Source: Octopus vulgaris
Taxonomy: Eukaryota
Assembly (NCBI GenBank): GCA_951406725.2
Contig: OX597829.1
Coordinates: 48,236,001-48,300,000, forward strand
Reading direction: 5' to 3'
DNA: 64,000 nt
Part shown: positions 53,912 to 64,000 of the stretch, piece after piece
How the letters are laid out: each line of letters starts with the position of its first letter
How positions within the stretch are numbered: position 1 is the stretch's first letter
Notes under the pieces: generated by a model
Seen by the model: only the letters and a program-made list of their open reading frames with translations
Databases searched by the model: none
Told to the model about the DNA's origin: nothing
Made by a program: the position numbers and the translations under genes

Positions 53912-55025
53912 GTTTAATGTCTGCTTTCCATGCTGGCATGCGTTGGATGGTTTGATTGAGGTCTGGAGAGCCAGCGGCTGCACCAGGTGTCGACAGCTTC
54001 TGCCACAACTGTTCTTCCGGGATTTCTGGACTTACTATTAATACGTAATTATTTTTATTGCTAAATGAAAACAAGTCAAATGAATGTACAGTACCCACCC
54101 ACCCACACACACATATCACCACCACCACCACCACCACTACCATTAATTAACAAAGGATCAAATAGAACAGATCTTGAATTTGACATGATTGATAAATTTG
54201 CATTAAATTATGAAAATTATAAACTGGCACCAAATCCAGAATTTGTACAGTAATATTATCAGATGCATTTTGGACAGACATTACACCACAAGTCATCACT
54301 GAAAACTATCCTGACAAGAAGAGTGGAGAAAAAGAAGAACAAGAAGCCATCAAAGATGATGGTTGACTGATGACATAGAAAAAATGGAGTGGAACCAAGA
54401 ACCTGACACTGATTGTATGCATACTGTACAACACAAAGGTAACTAGAGAGTCTTGGCAAGCCTTCCCTTGGACACAGGGAGAACACCTGGTTGATGAATG
54501 TGTGTGTCCATGTGTTACACACCGAGAGATTCAGTAAATCTTTATGCCGCACTTGTCATCATCATATCATATACCCAGGCCTGTTCCCCATTTTTGTCTT
54601 TAGGAGTGGGTAGCCACAACAAGACACACACCAAGTATTTCATTCATTTCCCAGCTCAAAGAGGCGAGCCCCATTCTATGCTCAGGTCAAGGCATAGAAC
54701 GCAACCCCCAGTATCAGCAGCAGGGCCCAGAAGCATATCCTGGCTTACTCCTGCTGCATCATACTGGTTCCATACCCCTTTGAGCAACATCAAAATTCAC
54801 TCATCCATCCACAAACACTCTCCAAGCTTTCCTATCATTTATAAACTCTCTTGCCTCTCTCACTCCAACACCTCTAACCACCAAAACTTTCCTCACTCCA
54901 TCAATCCACACAAACCAACCTCTGCTTCTGGTTTTGCTACTCACCACTTCTGCCTTCATCACCTTCCTTACCATCCACTATAAACTCAATAACACTATAA
55001 AATGGTCAAAACTCTTTACACAGGA

Positions 55026-55170
55026 ACTTAGTTTGATTTGAAAACCCCACTAGAATGGGAGAAAGCTCTAATACATGATCTAAGTTATATGATGTATTAA
55101 AACATGTAATATACAAATAAATATCTGTAAATATAAAACCATCTGAATTTCTGAGTACCTCATTTCTTCT

Positions 55171-55172
<2 letters not shown>
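55026..55172 (+). mobile_element. Penelope-like 3' end with U3:A8 hammerhead-like motif (55026-55085), followed by (TA)n
   Basis: ACTTAGTTTGAT-TTGAAAA-CCCCA(CTAGAA)TGGGA-GAAA-GCTC-TA-..CTAAGT; paralog of 17448. Confidence 0.65.
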
Positions 55173-55214
<42 letters not shown>

Positions 55215-56079
55215 GAGATTCTTTCAGTTTCCATCTGCCAAATTGAGTCAGAAGGCTTTAGTCAGCCCATGGCTATAGTAGAAGACACTTGCCCAATGTG
55301 CCATGCAGTGGGACTAAATCCAGAACCATGTGGTTGGGAAGCAAGCTTCTTACCACACAGCCACTCCTGTGCCTATGTGGAAAGTCTTTCCGCTGCACTT
55401 GTAGATGTTGTCAAATGTCGAATTAGGTACTTCACTTTTGATAAACATGATGCCATTCTAAATCTTGAGATGTTCTACTCCATCAAGATACCATTTGTAA
55501 TTGAATCTAAATAACTAATGCATAAATGAATAATTGACGAGGAAGGCTTACTCGTTAAGAAGATAAGAAGAGAAAAAAAAAATAATCTTTAAATGAATAA
55601 CTGGAAGTTCTTAAAAAGATATATGAAAATTTTTATAAGAAAGTAGAAAATAAGGCAAAGTCTTACAAATGAAAGCAGAAACTGTGTGAACAGTTGCGTG
55701 AAAGATAGACGACTATAAAAGACAAAAAAATGAAGCTGCATTAACTGCAGGCACGCAAACAATAAGGAATAGAAGCAACATCAAGATTGGAATGGTTTGT
55801 AATTTGTCTTTGTGGAGATTGTAACCAGAAAAAAAAAAAAAAAAAAAATGAAATCCTCTGAACACCATTACTATTAAAAGGAAAGCTTTAAGTATTTTAT
55901 CTGCTAGTTCTGTTGGAGTAGTTGATAACATGTCTGCTTAACATGCGCAAAAGGTTGTGAGTTGGAAACTCATGAGAAATTTTTTTTCTCCTGGCATGGC
56001 GGCAGACCCAATGGCTGAAACAAATAAAAGAATAAAAAAAACATAAAGAAAATTTAATGAAGGAAGATAACATTGTAGT

Positions 56080-56330
56080 GTTATGGAGATGTACTTGAAT
56101 AGCAAGTGACTTGATCTGAGATCGTGTGCTGGAACGCAAACAATTGCAGCGTGGAAGGTGTTTATAAGCCATTTAAGAAACACACAAAAGCCGTTCGATT
56201 CACTTCAACTTTTAAGTTTAATTTGTCAAAATATTTTCGTCGCTTTAAAACTGCGACTTGTTCACTGACAGTGAATCGAACGGCTTTTGTGTGTTTCTTA
56301 AATGGCTTACAAACACCTTCCACGCTGCAA
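56080..56330 (-). mobile_element. Complete fold-back Penelope-like insertion with TSD
   Basis: 61-bp arms 56144-56204 and 56270-56330, 64-nt tail, TSD (AA)CATTGTAGT at 56071-56079 and 56331-56339. Confidence 0.85.
56224..56270 (-). ncRNA. Minimal type-I hammerhead-like motif, G3:C8 variant
   Basis: Minus strand TGTCA-GTGAACA-A-GTCGC(AGTTTTAAA)GCGAC-GAAA-ATAT-TT-TGACA; palindromic AATATT. Confidence 0.7.
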
Positions 56331-56482
56331 CATTGTAGTTGGAATAAAGGAAAGTTTTTGCTGCTAATTCTGTTTGGCTTTTACTGATTCAAAACTCAAG
56401 CAAGGACTTACAAGGATCATATAACAGCTGAGGCTGCAAGAGCAGAGAAAAATCTGACAGAAAAATATCTCTTTTAATACCC

Positions 56483-56681
56483 ATTTCTTTACTACCCACA
56501 AGGGGCTAAATACAGAGGGGACAAACAAGGACAGACAAACGGATTAAGTCGATTATATCGACCCCGAAAGGATGAAAGGCAAAGTCGACCTCAGCGGAAT
56601 TTGAACTCAGAACGTAGCGGCGGACGGAATACCGCTAAGCATTTCGCCTGGCGTGCTAATGTTTCTTCCAGATCGCTGCCT
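56483..56681 (-). mobile_element. SINE family B (internal deletion)
   Basis: Matches 57238-57467 and 59332-59561. Confidence 0.85.
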
Positions 56682-56790
56682 TATCTTTTAGTACCTCTAG
56701 TGCTGAAAGTGGCTTTAAATCAAAATCTATGATTTCTCAAAGCTCTTAAAGGATATATTCAAAAATCTCTTTTAATGTTTTGGTATTATA

Positions 56791-57226
56791 ACCTATTTAA
56801 AAAATAGATCTTTAAAAAATAGATCTTAAAAGCAATCGTCTCTTCTGCATAAGCTGGAAAAGAAATGTCATATCCAAGAGCAAAATATGACATTTGCATA
56901 GCATCTTTTGTACAAGTCACAAAATGCAATGACATAATAATTGTACATTGTCGAAATCCTCTCAAACCAGGATTCCACAGGCAGATGCAATTTAAAGTCA
57001 TACCTAGGACTCCAAATCTAAACATGAATCATCAGACATCTTATTTCAAGTTTTATTAAATTTCGACAATGTACAATTATTACGCCATTGCATTTTGTGA
57101 CTTGTACAAAAGATGCTATGCAAATGTCATATTTTGCTCTTGGATATGGCATTTCTTTTCCAGCTTATGCAGAAGAGGCAATTGCTGTTAAGATCTATTT
57201 TTTAAAGATCTATTTTTTAAATAGGT
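56791..57226. repeat. 167-bp inverted repeat with 102-bp spacer
   Basis: 56791-56957 is the reverse complement of 57060-57226; spacer plus right arm recur directly at 57938-58363. Confidence 0.9.
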
Positions 57227-57237
57227 GACCAAAATAC

Positions 57238-57467
57238 CTATTTCTTTACTACCCACAAGGGGCTAAACATAGAGGGGACAAACAAGGACAAAGGGATTAA
57301 GTCGATTACATCGACCCCAGTGCGTAACTGGTACTTTAATTTATCGACCCCGAAAGGATGAAAGGCAAAGTCGACCTCGGCGGAATTTGAACTCAGAACG
57401 TAACGGCAGACGAAATACCGCAAAGCATTTCGCCCGGCGTGCTAACGTTTCTGCCAGCTCGCCGCCT
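57238..57467 (-). mobile_element. SINE family B, full length
   Basis: Near-consensus copy. Confidence 0.85.
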
Positions 57468-57976
57468 TTCTTAGCGTTATACCAAAATACCATTATACAA
57501 TTGGCATCCAGCTTGTTTTTATCCCAATGTCATTATGTTCGTCCATCAGAGACTTTTGTTCAAAGTGAAAAAGAGTTGTGCACCATTAACCACACCTTCT
57601 TGTCTGTGACCATCTTCAAACCAGTGGCAAGACCAGGTCAAAATGACTGAGGGGTGGAGACAGATGCAGTGGATGACCGAGATGTCTTACTTATCTCTCC
57701 TTGCTCTCTGCACGCCACAATGTGGTCCTGCAGCCACATTCCTCCCCATTGAACCATGAAGGTTTCTTCAGCAAATTCTACCAAATTGAGTCTTCACATG
57801 CATGAGTAGACAAGCCCTAATATGCTAACTAACCCACAGCTGGGACCTTAATATGTGCCACTGATCCAGATCAGAGAAGATCGGGAAACAATAGTGATTA
57901 AGAAGTGGTTCCATACTCTTCAAAACCCTGGAACGCCCAAACCAGGATTCCACAGGCAGATGCAATTTAAAGTCAT

Positions 57977-58197
57977 CCGATCGTGGCCGTTTGCCAGCCT
58001 CGTCTGGCACCTGTGCCAGTGGCACGTAAAAAGCATCCACTACATTCACAGAGTGGTTGGCGTTAGGAAGGGCATCCAGCCATAGAAACACTGCCAGATC
58101 AGACTGGGCCTGGTGTGGCCTTCTAGCTTCCCAGACCCCAGTTGAACCGTCCAACCCATGCTAGCATGGAAAGTGGACGCTAAACGATGATGATGAT
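57977..58197 (+). mobile_element. SINE family E, 5'-truncated, with the empty site visible in the duplicate
   Basis: AAAGTCAT|insert|ACCTAGG versus uninterrupted AAAGTCATACCTAGG at ~56994-57008. Confidence 0.85.
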
Positions 58198-58369
58198 ACC
58201 TAGGACTCCAAATCTAAACATGAATCATCAGGCATCTTATTTCAAGTTTTATTAAATTTTGACAATGTACATTATTACGCCATTGCATTTGCTCTTGGAT
58301 ATGACATTTCTTTTCCAGCTTATGCAGAAGAGGCAATTGCTGTTAAGATCTATTTTTTAAAGAAAGAAC

Positions 58370-58783
58370 TATTACTCTTTTACTCCTTTACTTGTTTCAG
58401 TCATTTGACTGTGGCCATGCTGGAGCACCGCCTTTAGTCGAGAAAATCGATCCCAGAACTTATTCTTTGTAAGCCTAGTACTTATTCAATCGGTCTCTTT
58501 TGCTGAACCACTAAGTTACGGGGACGTAAACACATCAGTTGTCAAGCGATGCTGGGGGGACAAATATATACACACACAAACACACACACACATACACACA
58601 CACAAACACACACATACATATACGATGGGCTTCTTCCAGTTTCCATCTACCAAGTCCACTCACAAGGCTTTGGTCAGCCCGAGGCTATAGTAGAAGACAC
58701 TTGACCAAGGTGCCATGCAGTGGGACTGAACCCGAGACCATGTGGTTGGTAAGCAAGCTACTTACCACACAGCCACTCCTGCA
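58370..58783 (-). mobile_element. SINE family A
   Basis: Matches other family A copies. Confidence 0.85.
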
Positions 58784-59331
58784 CCTATTACATAATAAAT
58801 TGAAGTTACAACAGGAAAAAATGCAGTCTAATTGGTAAAAAAGCGACGATGAGCGATGGCTAGAAGTATATTGAGTTCTTCATAACCAGCTGATCTAGCA
58901 AGCGGGGCCTCATATCAGTGAGGGGGCCGGTGCGCATTGATGCCGTCGAGAGGTAGGCCCCGAAATGGCGCGCAATCTCTCCTGATGACCCCATACACTT
59001 GCTAGCTTCCGATATACGGAGCTTTTAACTGGTAGCACTTGCATGTGCAAGTTGTTTGCAAGACATCTAAAAGATACAATTTAATATATACATAAATCAT
59101 GAGATGGGATGACAGTTAGGAAAATGAAAATGCTTTGGAAATATATCTTATTATAAAAATGATGAGTAGTATTACCCATGGAAATCAGATGGTCATTTTG
59201 GAAACTGAAAAATGGTTGGAATTTGTAGAGAACAAGAAATATTTATTTTGTTTTGCATTTGGTTTTCAATGTTCTTGATGTAAACTCATATGTCGAGACA
59301 TGTTTTGCTGTGTCGTGGAAGGAACGTTATA

Positions 59332-59561
59332 CCTATTTCTTTATTACCCACAAGGGGCTAAACACAGAGGGAACAAACAAGGACAGACATAGGTCTTAAG
59401 TCGATTACATCGACCCCAGTTCGTAACTGGTACTTAATTTATCGACCGCGAAAGGATGAAAGGCAAAGTCAACCTCGGCAGAATTTGAACTCACAACGTA
59501 AATCAGACGAAATACCGCTAAGCATTTCGCCCGGCGTGCTAACGTTTCTGCCAGCTCGCCG
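59332..59561 (-). mobile_element. SINE family B
   Basis: Full length; TSD-like CGTTATACC on both sides. Confidence 0.85.
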
Positions 59562-59895
59562 TTATACCAATGATAAACACATGCACTGGTTGTATTTTAC
59601 TTCTTTATTTGTATCAGCTGAAGATTAGCCATTTAACCAATTAACTAATCAACTGTTTGATTAGTCATTCAGCTAGTTTTTCAAAAGTCCTTTTCTTGTC
59701 TTTTGGGACCACACCATTAACATACTCTGTTTATTCCAGGTCTGCTTCAGACCTGTCTCTCTCAGTCCTATCATTATAAATGGTATAACGACCCTCCTGA
59801 GATACAACATAGTGAAATATATATTTTCATTTTAAATTATATTTTGTGCAAAGCATTTGATTCTTCACATGGTGTACAAATTCACACAGATAGTA

Positions 59896-60462
59896 TTGGG
59901 TTGTCCTGAAAATTTGTGCCGATTTATAGTAGCTTACCTTTCAACTAATTTTAGAACATGGTTGAGTCTATAAAATATGATTTGACTATACCTCTATTTA
60001 GAGCACAGTTTAAGCTATCTTTTCGTGGAAGAAGGTTTATGTTCCTATAACCTGTGTTAATTCTGTAACCCTATAAAATGGAAGATAAGAAAGTTCATTT
60101 TCGGCACTTGATGCTTTGGGAACCAGACAAAAATTGCTGCAGCTTGGCTGGGATGTGTTACTCCCACCCTCCATATTCACCAGATATTGCTCCTTTGGAT
60201 TTCCAGTTATTCAGGTCTCTGCAGAATAGACTTACTGGTAAAAATTTCAATTCCTTGGATGACATAAAAAGATACCTCGATGAATTCTTTGCCATGAAAC
60301 CACCTCAATTCTGGGAAGAAGGTATTTTCAAGTTAAAGGAAAGATGGAGACACATTGTGCAACAAAATGGTTCATATTTGGTTGATTAAAAATGTAATGG
60401 CAAGTATTTATTGACCTTTTTCTTTCCTTTAAAAATCGGCACAAACTTTACGGACAGCCCAA
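59896..60462 (+). mobile_element. Internally deleted mariner with both TIRs
   Basis: TTGGGTTGTCC.GAAAATTTGTGCCGATTT / AAATCGGCACAAACTTTACGGACAGCCCAA; ORF 60078-60389 joins the N-terminus to HPPYSPDIAP..LFRSLQ. Confidence 0.9.
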
Positions 60463-60505
60463 ACATCTCAAGAAGCATCTCAACATCTACTGAGAGTTGT
60501 TATCT

Positions 60506-60875
60506 ATTATTGCCTCTGCCTTAGCGAAGGCAAAAGTATTGTTGTCAGTCATATTTGTTTATTTGTCTGTGGACAAGATATCTCAAGAGCCACAGATGGG
60601 ATTCGGATGAAACTTTCAGGGGTTTTTGGTCTTGTGACTGTCATGAACTGATTAGATTTTGGGATCGATCCAGTAATGGACAAGGATTCTGGATAATTTT
60701 TTCTCTTTTTTACTTAATTTTTGAGAGCGATCAGGTTCATTTTTAGTATTCTCATATGTGAGAGCAGTCGAGTTTATTTCAGATATTCTCATTTTAAAGA
60801 ATCATCTCTGGCTAATTGTTGAGAGGACGTTGGTGTTGCCTTGATGGAGGTTTGCGCTCTCTGAGTGCTCTTGTT
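60506..60875 (+). mobile_element. Probable DINE-1/HINE-like (Helentron-associated) element
   Basis: Subterminal GCCTCTGCCTT..AAGGC at the left, GGAGGTTTGCGCTCTCTGAGTGC stem-loop at the right, (TTTG)-like repeat after the left end. Confidence 0.45.
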
Positions 60876-60931
60876 TTTCACTTTATTTCAAGAATTAAAT
60901 AACTTCAGCTATGGAATAAAACCGAAAACAG

Positions 60932-61653
60932 TATACGATACACATCTTTCAGTTTCTGTCTACCAAATCCACTCACAAGGTTTTGGTTGGCCCGAGGCTA
61001 TAGTAGAAGACACTTGCCCAAGGTGTCACACAGTGGGACTGAACCTGAAACCATGTGGTTGGTAAGCAAGTTACTTACTACACAGCCACTCCTGCAGCTG
61101 TAAACACAACCACTCCTATATATATATATATATCTATATCATATGATCACATGACCGACAAGGCTATCAGATTTTGTTACACATCATCTGATAGCCTATT
61201 GTGCTTTTGCATTGTCTTAGCCTTCAAATGACACCACCCTGCTGGCTAGGTGAGAAGACCAACATTATTCCCTGAAAGGGGGACTGGAGAAATTTGAAAT
61301 GAAGTATTTTGCTCAAGAACACAACATGCTACCCAGTCGAGAAATCCATCTCATGGTCTGGCAATCGTGAGTGAAACAGACTAACCACTAGGCTGGCGAT
61401 ATGCCATGCTTGAGAAGACCCGTCAAGCCAAGTGAAATCCTAATCATGACTGATGCTAGTGTGGTGAAACTGGCACTTGTGCCAGTGGCACATAAAAAGT
61501 ACTCATTACACTCTTGGAGTGGTAGGTGTTAGGAAGGTCATCCAGCCATAGAAATCATGCCAAATTAGACTGGAACCTGGTGCAGCTCTCCAGCTTACCA
61601 GTGCCAATCAAAGCATCTAACCCATGCTAGCATGGAAAACAGACATTAAATGG

Positions 61654-61687
<34 letters not shown>

Positions 61688-62822
61688 ATGTTGGTAAAAT
61701 TTCAGCAAATCTTAGCATGCTGTATTTCATCTTTAATTTCATGCCAGGAAAAAGATCATACGGATAGATTTGAACTCAAAGTTCCTGTGAATAAAGTACA
61801 GTTGTTGCTTTACTGAGCCATGGATTGCAAGAAAAAATATGTATTAGTAATATAGGGGTTGGCATGGCTATATGGTTGAAAAGTTTGCTTTGTAACCATG
61901 CAGGAGGTGGGGTACCATCTTGGAGTGTTTAGCCAAACAAAACAACCTTTGTACTTTTTTTTTGGTTTGGTACTTACTCTATTGCCAAACTCTAAGTTAT
62001 AGGGATGTAGACAAACCAACACCAGTTGACAAGCAGAGGTGAGAGACAAACACAAGCACAATGATACACACACACACACATGTATCATAATCATCCTCAT
62101 CATCATCATCATCATCATTATCACCATGTAATGTCTGTTTTCCATGCTGGCATGGGTTAGATGGTTTGATTGGAACTGGTAAGCTGGAGAGCTGCACCAG
62201 GTTCCAGCCAAATTTGGCATGATTTCTACAGCTGGATGCCCTTCCTAACACCAACCATTCCAAGAGTGTAATGGGTACCTTTTATGTGCCAGTTTCACCA
62301 CACTAGCATCAGTCATGATTAGGATTTCACTTGGCTTGACGGGTCTTCTCAAGCATGGCATATCGCCAGCCTAGTGGTTAGTCTGTTTCACTCACAATTG
62401 CCAGACCATGAGATGGATTTCCCGACTGGGTAGCATGTTGTGTTCTTGAGCAAAATACTTCATTTCACATTGCTCCAGTCCCCCTTTCAGGGAATAAGTT
62501 TGGTCTTCTCACCTAGCCAGCGGGGTGGTGTCATTTGAAGGCTAAAACAATGCAAAAGCACAATAGGCTATCAGATGATGTATAACAACATCTGATAGCC
62601 TTGTCGGTCATGTGATCATGTGATATGTATATATATAGGAGTGGTTGTGTTTACAGCTGCAGGAGTGGCTGTGTAGTAAGTAACTTGCTTACCAACCACA
62701 TGGTTTCAGGTTCAGTCCCACTGTGTGACACCTTGGGCAAGTGTCTTCTACTATAGCCTCAGGCCGACCAGAACCTTGTGAGTGGATTTGGTAGACAGAA
62801 ACTGAAAGATGTGTATCGTATA
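60932..62822. repeat. ~750-bp inverted duplication with ~400-bp spacer
   Basis: 60932-~61686 is the reverse complement of ~62087-62822, including junctions between three different SINE pieces. Confidence 0.92.
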
Positions 62823-62830
62823 TGTATGTA

Positions 62831-62899
<69 letters not shown>

Positions 62900-62909
62900 G
62901 TATGTGTGT

Positions 62910-62949
<40 letters not shown>

Positions 62950-63599
62950 ATGTATGTTTGTGTGTCTGCATTTGTCCCCCCATCATCGCTTGACAACCGA
63001 TGTTGGTGTGTTTATGTACCCCGTAATTTAGCAGTTCAGCAAAAAGAAACTGATAGAATAAGTACTGGGCTTACAAAGAATAAGTCCTGGGGTCAATTTG
63101 TTCAACTAAAGATGGTGCTCCAGCATGGCTGCAATTAAATGACTGAAACAAATAAAAGAATATATATATATATATATATATATATATCAAAAGGATGTGT
63201 TATAATATTATTCCATAGCCATACCAACAATCTGACATACCTCCATCATCAGCTGCAACACAGATATCATTATAATCTCGACACCTGGGCAGTACCATTC
63301 AATCCGACAGTATCAACAGTACTAAAATAAGTGTTGCTTGGGAGCAAAGAAACCACAACTTTCAAACAGATTTACTTATATATATATATAAACAGATGAG
63401 TGTATTTTTACCTTGTTAACAATTAACACGGAAAAAATAAATAAATAGTTACCAGGGCAGCAAAAATCTCACAAGTAAAGGTGTTGTAACTCCTTGTTTA
63501 TAAAGGTAGAAACTTCATGTTTACGTTGAATATTTTGAATAATATGAATAAAAAAAATATTTGATTACACCTGCGTTAACTCCATTTTTTATTCAAAAT

Positions 63600-64000
63600 A
63601 CACCAATCCGACCGTACGACAGGCACCCATGCCAACCCCCTTTGCTTGCGAAGACATGTTGGGGCAAGCGAAATCGAAATCGAAATCGAATTGAACCAGC
63701 CAGGATCCCTGGTCTGGTGGTACGTAAAAAGCACTATCCGACTCGTGGCCGATGCCAGCGCCGCCTCGACTGGCTTCCGTGCCGGTGGCACATAAAATGC
63801 ACCAATCCGACCGTGGCTGTTGCCAGCCTCGCCTGGCACCTGTGCAGGTGGCACGTAAAAAGCACCCACTACACTCACGGAGTGGTTGGCGTTAGGAAGG
63901 GCATCCAGCTGTAGAAACATTGCCAGATAAGACTGGAGCCTGGTGCAGCCTTCTGGCTTCCCAGATCCCCGGTTGAACCATCCAACCCATGCTAGCATGG
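63600..64000 (+). mobile_element. SINE family E / RTE-related 3' end (runs off the window)
   Basis: Conserved GGAGTGGTTGGCGTTAGGAAGGGCATCCAGC..AACCCATGCTAGCATGG. Confidence 0.8.

Noticed and set aside
60078-60389. Functional transposase or SETMAR-like gene
   Set aside because: Internal deletion removes most of the DNA-binding and catalytic domains
63196-63262. Minus-strand CTGATGA..GGAA-TAATATTA-TA
   Set aside because: Second box mutated and helix I out of register; too degenerate to call

Overview
AT-rich, repeat-saturated animal genomic DNA. The SINE, microsatellite and LINE content resembles an octopod cephalopod genome (inference from recalled repeat families, not a search). There is no intact protein-coding gene: nearly all long ORFs in the track are microsatellite or minisatellite translations, and the rest are decayed LINE RT (Tx1/L1, R4/Dong-like, CR1, RTE) or Tc1/mariner remnants. 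One strong 15-nt microexon candidate (38009-38023, +) suggests the window lies in introns of a large + strand gene. The main hidden signal is a set of mutually unrelated, short non-coding elements, mostly inserted in (TA)n tracts and often arranged as fold-back inverted repeats. Each carries a minimal type-I hammerhead-ribozyme-like motif with a palindromic helix III, and the core 3:8 pair occurs as C:G, U:A and G:C in different families. These look like non-autonomous Penelope-like/retrozyme elements. Four of them share a 64-69 nt unpaired tail, and their 5' truncations cluster at the ribozyme. Also present are non-autonomous Helitrons, a tandem cluster of piggyBac-like MITEs, a 3.3-kb 22-bp minisatellite, a putative solo LTR, and several local inverted or templated duplications.
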